64,000 bases of DNA, taken from Macrostomum lignano. Lineage: Eukaryota. A model generated the notes under the pieces. It saw only the letters and a program-made list of their open reading frames with translations. It searched no databases and had not been told where the DNA came from. The stretch covers positions 16,791-80,790 of the forward strand of contig NIVC01000982.1 of the NCBI GenBank assembly GCA_002269645.1, in the 5' to 3' direction. Shown here in pieces: positions 57,641 through 64,000 of this stretch (positions within the stretch are counted from its first letter, which is position 1; each line of letters starts with the position of its first letter). Position numbers and translations under genes: made by a program.

Positions 57641-58474
57641 TAAGAGAAAATATATAACATACTATATGTAGTAAAAAAATGCCAACTCCTATATTTACAT
57701 ATGTTATCAATTAATGCAATTAAATGATGTGCAATACAAATGAAATACTATAGGCTGCTGCAGTATCTTAATAAACATACATGGTCAAACTTATAATTAC
57801 ATAAATAGTATAACTATATGTATATGACCTAGCTCTAAATGACATTTAAGTGTTAGATTTGTTAGCAAAATTTAACTATACAACACTTTTTCAGATACTT
57901 TTTGCAATATTAATTTTAAGTGTTGGCAATATTGGAAACACTAAATATTGGAAGATATATTTAAAAATGTATTGGCAAAAATTATATAGGTCTAGATTTG
58001 TATATATTTTTTGTATGAAAGTTTTGTCACATAATCATATTTTTAGTGCAGATTTTCTATCATGGAGTCTATTGCACCATTTGCCAAAATGTCAAACAAA
58101 GATGTCTAAGCCCTAGGCTTTAAGTATTACTTGCATAGCCTGTGTGGAAAGCCTCTTTCTATTCTTTATTTGTACACAAAGATCTAACTAACCATGCCAT
58201 TCTAAAATCCACATGTTTCTAAGAAAAACATTTTGTTTCAATAATCATATTTCTCAAAATATTTTTGCTATTTTTTTTTAAATGAACTGAAATTTTAGTA
58301 TAAATGGATGCAAATTTAGGGCAAGGAGAAGCATGCTCTTGTTTGAGCTTCAAATCAACTTTCAACCTTAATGGTTGGTTGAGAAATCTATTAAGTAAGT
58401 TCCAATAAATTATTGACAAGTGTTGCTTGAGTTAATTCATTTTCTAATATAGTGAAGTAAAAAGAAGCATATAC

Positions 58475-59760
58475 TACGAGGGGTGTTGCAAAAGTTTTTG
58501 GACTAGTATTCACTAAAGCACTATGTCTTATTAGATTTGGATGAGCTTTCATCCATAAACTATTTGGTTATTAATAAGTGCCAGGCTAAAATTTTGCATG
58601 ACTAGGACAAACATAGCCTACATTAGAGCCAAGTTAAGCGTGAGGGTCTATGTTATTTCACACAATTTCACTCGGAGAATGAGCCAACCAAAAAACCATT
58701 AAGATTTTGGTTCGAAAGAAAGTCAATGTCACTTCATTATGGCATGTCAGCACATGGGTAAGACACCAATGCAGACTATTAACAAAGTTTGCACTGCTTT
58801 TGGTGATCATGTGTTGGGTCGCACACAAGTGTTTGCCTACCACCAACTTGCTGTTGATGTTCAAACAAGCGTCATGGATGCTGCTTGCTCTGGCCATCTA
58901 TATTCTAGCACAGATGACAACAATGCGGCTGCTGTGCTCCAATATTTGGAGGCAAACCCATCTGTATGTGTGCATGAAATGGAAAGTGTGTGTGGCATTC
59001 ACTACTTGTCTAAGATGCATTCTCCAACGCCATGGCTGGTCGAAGATTTGTGCTAAGTGGGTGCCACGAGAGCTGACAAAAGAACAAAAAAAACTTGGGT
59101 ACGATGTTTGGTAGACAACTGGGCTGTATGGAATGAGCTTGGTGATGAGAAGTTCAAGGAGCTTGTAATCACAATGGACAAGATGCCACTGTCAATGTTT
59201 AATCCACTGACAAAGCAGCAGTCAATTCAGGGGGCCAAAGGGATAGCACCCACACACAAAGGCCATGAAGTTGGCCTGGACACAGAATATCATGTGCACA
59301 GTGTGGTTCAATGTGTGAGGTGTGCTACTCATCGACTACCTGCTGCAAGGCCAGACAATCAATGCCGACTATGTGATTAACCAGCTCAAGCAACTGCATG
59401 CTGTCATTCTATCTAAGCACGGAATCATGCATTAGAAGCCGTTTATCCTTTGGAACAATGTGCATCTGCATGCCGCTGCTCACACTTACACCAAGGTGGA
59501 AGAGCTGGGCTTTTGTTAGCTAAGTCACCCAGTGTCCCAGCCTATAGCCCTGACCTAGCAATTGCTGACTTCCATCTTTTCAGTCCAATGAAGTTGCCAA
59601 TGCGTGGGCAAGTTTTCACATGTTAGGTCATTGATGCCACTAACGCATTGCTGCACTAGCTGGACTCCAGCTTCTGGAAGGCTAGGTTTAAAAATCTGAT
59701 TGAATGCTGTCAGAAGTGTATAGCATTTAATGGTGAATATGTGGAGCACAACAGTGCCAG
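58475..59760 (+). mobile_element. Degenerate mariner-family DNA transposon (second family); right TIR not found
   Basis: Left end TACGAGGGGTGTTGCAAAAGTTTT; WVPRELT, ITMDKM..FNPLTKQQS, YSPDLAIADFHLF; many frameshifts and stops. Confidence 0.85.
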
Positions 59761-60104
59761 GCCAGACAGAAAGAATGACATCAGTGACAGTGATAGTGAT
59801 TGGTAGAGATTGATGGCAGCTAGAACTTTGGTATAGTGATTTATGGTGAAGGGACACTGATTGATTGAAACGTGTTTTTAATTGTTGCTTTTTGTTCCGC
59901 TTGACACTAATAAAACATAATAATGTGCTCCCTTACTGTTTTTGACCAATTGTTTTAGATTACCTAGAAATTTCCCTTGTTATCATTGCATTGAGAAATT
60001 TGCCTATAGGAAATCTAGAAACTTTTGCAATACCCCTTGTGTCTATACTATTGAGTAGTAGGAATTTGAAGTACTTAGGAATACTCAGACCTATAGTATA
60101 TAGG

Positions 60105-60659
60105 CCATAGTCAGGAAGGTGTCCTATACATGCATTTACATTAGATAAATTTTGGCGTACATTATTGGCGTGCAAATTTTGGTATGCCAAAATGATTGGC
60201 GTACCTATTGGATAGCAACCTTGTATGCCGTACAAAGGGTTATTGTTCAAATTGCTTTGTTGTGTCGTGATAATACAATACTGAAATATACGTGAACTCA
60301 AAAAAATGATATTAAAAATCTTTTTTAGTTATCTTACTTTTTTAGAATTTTATGCTCAAGGGGAAATTTATTTATAAAATAAATTTGCAAATATAATCTA
60401 AAATCCCCTCGCTTTTAGTTTTAATTAGTACAATTTTTACTTTGTTTATTAACACTCATTTTCCGCTACAGTTTAAAAAAATATTAATCGTAATTTTTTA
60501 ATAGCGATTTATTACCAAATGCTACAAATATACAAAAACAATTTGGTGTACCTGTAGAGTTTGGAAAATCGAGTTCCAAAAGATCGGCGTACATTAGCCT
60601 GCACATGAAGCCTTTTCGGCGTACATTCCAGGGTGTATGAGACACCTTCCTGACTATGG
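60105..60659. mobile_element. MITE with about 27-bp TIRs
   Basis: CCATAGTCAGGAAGGTGTCCTATACA / GTGTATGAGACACCTTCCTGACTATGG; flanks TATATAGG / AGTATAGG are an imperfect possible TSD. Confidence 0.7.
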
Positions 60660-61959
60660 AGTATAGGCCTACTAGGGCCTAGGAACTTTTCTCAGACTTA
60701 TTCTAGGGAAATAAATTCATAATAGAATAGTCTTGATAGCAGCAATAAAACATTTAATATAGGCCTTAGAGAAGTTAAGCCCTGTAACAACTTGGTGACA
60801 TCTGTGGAATCCTTCATAAAGAAAGAACATTGCCCCTTTCACACCTACACACCTATACTATACTGAGTTCTGAGTACTGATTAGGCCCTATAGCATTAGA
60901 CCTAGCTAGGGCCTAGGGGGCCTAGTGAGGTCTGAATGAAATAATTTCATAGGAACATCTAAAAAAGAATATGTTTAGTCTGTTTATGACTAAAAGGCTG
61001 GCTTCGACCTAGTGACAAAAATGGTGGCATAGCAATAATTCACCGAATTGTCGAAGATCGTGCCATGCCAAGATAAGTACTATCTAGCAAACTAGCATGT
61101 CTACTCTAGCAGGTCTTAGCAAGACATAGCATAGGCGTCATATGACCATATCCAATTATCCATACTATTTGGTGTTTTCATTCATAGATGTTAGATATTG
61201 AAAATAATAATATTTTATTGCCGGTCAGATTATGTAAAATAGGCCTTTCATTCAATTAAAAATTGACTGCTTTGCACTATGTCAGTAAAACTATGCTTAT
61301 AACGCTAGTTTATAAAAAACATAACAGTTGATAAAGTTTAAGTTTTTGCTTTCATTTAATTAATACTTCCCATTTATGGTTCAGTTTTTAGCAGTTCTAG
61401 TAAGCAGACCCGTGTTGCCAAGACTTGGTTGTATCCACGTGTAAATCCGTGTGTTCCCACAAGATTCAGCCGTTTCCGCCCAGTAGACAACAGGTAGAAA
61501 TTGAAATAGTTACAGAGAATTTTTTTTACAGTTAAAAAAAAACTCTACCTAAGGACGACTCTCAACAAGTTAAGTTTAAGCTCGAAATTCAAACGATTTG
61601 CATTTGAGTAAACTACTGTTCGATAGTCAAGCCCATCACATCATTTTCGTTACACCTAAAAAACGGCTATTATTGGGCAAATAAGCCATTTACAGAGACT
61701 TGAATCCCAACTCGACTGCAAATATAATACAAATACAAGTTAATTATACATGTAGCAAAAGCAAAATCGGCTCTGAAACTCAAAGATGATCGAATTACAT
61801 GTACACGCATTTATGCGTGTGGCAGTTTATCTCCCTTAAGCTTTTTCCCGCCTGTTAAATCATCCCGCATTTTAAAATAATTTTCTCGCTGCGCCCCACC
61901 CCAAAGTCTCGTCCAGTCACAGCGCGGCTGACAGCTGACCGACGGTGACGGGTGATGCC

Positions 61960-62800
61960 ACAGCGAAAAGCGCTTGAGCGACGTGCTTGGCTACGCCGAC
62001 GACCTTGCCCGATCCTGTCCTCGTCCGTTGAAGGCGCCCAGCGCCAGATCGACAGACTGGTCGAGATGGCATCGAGCGTCGGTCTGGTTGTCAATACACT
62101 ACGCTGAAGATCGAGCTGTGCTGCAGACTGTGCCGGCCGAAATCCCAGCGGACCTGATGTACGGCGGCGCAGAGTGGCAGACGACCAAGCTCGCACGCTG
62201 CCAGCGGTTCAACTACCCGGCAGTCTAGTGCCCCGTGAAGAGGACCTCCGGCGGCGTAGAGGACTTGCCTGGATGGTCCTCATTCGATCCGAGCTAGCCG
62301 TCCTCCAGTCTGAAGCGCTGCCCGATCAACAGAAGGCTCGGCTGTGCCAGGCGGTGGTCGCAACCGTCCTGCTCTATAACGACGAGACGTGGACGCTGAC
62401 GGCTACGCTGGAGCGGCAGCTGGACTCGACGCACTCAGGGCCGCTCCGTGCACCCTTTCGAGCTGACGAAAGCGTCGGGACCGAGGCCCTGTACGATCGG
62501 GCCAAGCTGCAGCGCCCGTCCATTATCCTGCACCGGTGGCGACTTTAACTGGCGGGCCACGTGATCCGGGCCGAGAGCTACTGCCCCCTAACCTTTTCAG
62601 GATGTCCTGCTACTCACCTTGCAGGGTCCGTTCAGGCGGGGTCAGGCCCGAACCCATCGATACGTGGACTGGCTGCTGTGCGACGCGGGGGCACCCGACA
62701 CTGCCAACGGGGTGGACTTCGTCCGCTCTCAGGCTCAGCGGCGCGCCATCTGACGCGCCCTGCTCTGTGACCCTTGCACGCGGGATGGGTATTTTGTTGT
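61960..62800 (+). mobile_element. Non-LTR retrotransposon (RTE-like) RT 3' half, degenerate, with a (TTG)n tail
   Basis: VLGYADDLA..SSVEGAQRQIDRLV.MASSVGLVVN, FNY, EEDLRRRRGLAW, VLLYNDETWTL, LAGHVIRAESYC; frameshifted. Confidence 0.88.
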
Positions 62801-62803
62801 TGT

Positions 62804-63393
62804 TGGTAGCGGAGGTCAAGGACAAGTGACGGCCTTCAATATCACGCATCACACTCACGTGATCGCGTGACGCGTGACATCAGGGCTATAAATAAGAGCT
62901 GTTTTGAGCCCTGAGCGGCTACCGTTTTCCGCGTTCCCTTTCCCGCCCGTTTCCTTACGGACCCTTCAGAGCTGCAACAACCGTTCGGAGCCCCTCCTCC
63001 CTTTTCGGCGCTGAGCTGTAACTTCCCTTGGCTTTGACCTCCTGACGTGTCTCGTCTGGACTGATCGTCCGTGACTGCAACCGCCGCCGTGACTATCCGA
63101 CGACCACCGTGCCAAGCAGCCCTGCACGTCGGTCGCGTCTGTAAGGTATTTCTTTCTCTGTTGCGCTGGCCTTGGGTATAGTCAGCCCCGTCTCCCCCCG
63201 GCCCTTGATCATCATATCCTTGTTTTCCAATCTTAACTTATTAATTCCGTTTTAATAATTAACCGAGAGGTTAAGACCAGGTTTAGGGCCAGTATTTCAG
63301 GGCATTAGCTATATTCAACTCGTTTGTTTCTGTCTGTTTACGTATTTACCATAGTTGTGGTATGAAATGTGAGTAGTGAGTGCGCGTGTCGCA
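62804..63393 (+). mobile_element. LTR-like module (TG...CA, TATA box); homologous in inverted orientation to 330-860
   Basis: TATAAATA at about 62887; ends GTGTCGCA at 63393; no TSD or PBS found. Confidence 0.6.
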
Positions 63394-63599
63394 GGGCATG
63401 GAATAGGCACCACGTCCCCTTAGGATGTGCCCCACGAGAGAGCCCTGGATCTGCACTTCCCCATCCCCCATGCTGCATCGAACCCATCTAGGAGGAAAGA
63501 CATTAAGATGGTGTTATCTACTGCATGTCAAATTATGCTACGAGCGTGATGTATTGGTGATACTAGTAATAATAATAATACGAGCGTATTAGTATTAAT

Positions 63600-63901
63600 A
63601 TTAATATTAATAAGCTAATAATAATTGATTACACCTATTCTAAAAAAAGATGTGCAACCGACACTGAAGGCTGAAGGCTGCAGTTACGGCTGTTCAGTCC
63701 AAGGACTGTGGGGTCGCCACACACACCCTCAGTTACCCGAGCTAATGCTGGCACCCGTGCATTTTACAGCTGGATGAACTGAAGCAATACAGAGTTAAGT
63801 GTCTTGCTCAAGGACACAAATTGTTCCGAGTGGGTCAAAAATAGAACCCCGACCTTACAGTCGTATAAACCCGACGCTCTAACCACTAGGCTACAAACCT
63901 C
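63600..63901 (-). mobile_element. tRNA-derived CORE-type SINE
   Basis: Same body as 35620-35923 (GATTACACCT..GTTCAGTCCAAGGACT..GCTAATGCTGGCACCC..GTGTCTTGCTCAAGG). Confidence 0.8.
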
Positions 63902-64000
63902 TAAAATTAAAATAAAAAACGTTCATAGCATTTTTAAACATGTTCGAAATACATATATACTTAATCAGCTAGCAAATGTACAAAGCTTGATCATCATTCT

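Overview
Eukaryotic (animal) genomic DNA; the GC-rich exons, AT-rich spacers and a minisatellite in almost every intron suggest a free-living flatworm such as Macrostomum (inference, not verified). Five protein-coding genes were reconstructed by hand from GT-AG boundaries. On +: a GIT-family ArfGAP (about 13 exons, 3759-23734), an ethanolamine kinase (3 exons, 26232-30240) and an RNF4-like RING protein (to 32927). On -: a sphingolipid delta-4 desaturase (DEGS1/ifc, 3 exons, 40803-36224) and an uncharacterised 235-aa protein with an NPF motif and a CCaaX tail (2 exons, 46689-44936). Most long ORFs in the track are minisatellite translations. The rest holds non-LTR retrotransposon relics, three tRNA-derived CORE-type SINEs, two dead mariners, an integrase-only LTR element with both LTRs and a TSD, and several MITE/Helitron-like elements. 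Best leads: (1) a CpG->TpG/CpA and CpA->TpA transition signature in the 47.8-61.3 kb transposon compartment; (2) a possible SL trans-spliced gene cluster in which the leader could supply the RING gene's AUG; (3) the NPF/CCaaX protein; (4) an LTR-like module placed downstream of two different RTE-type RT relics. No confirmed new system is claimed; all leads are hypotheses with tests.
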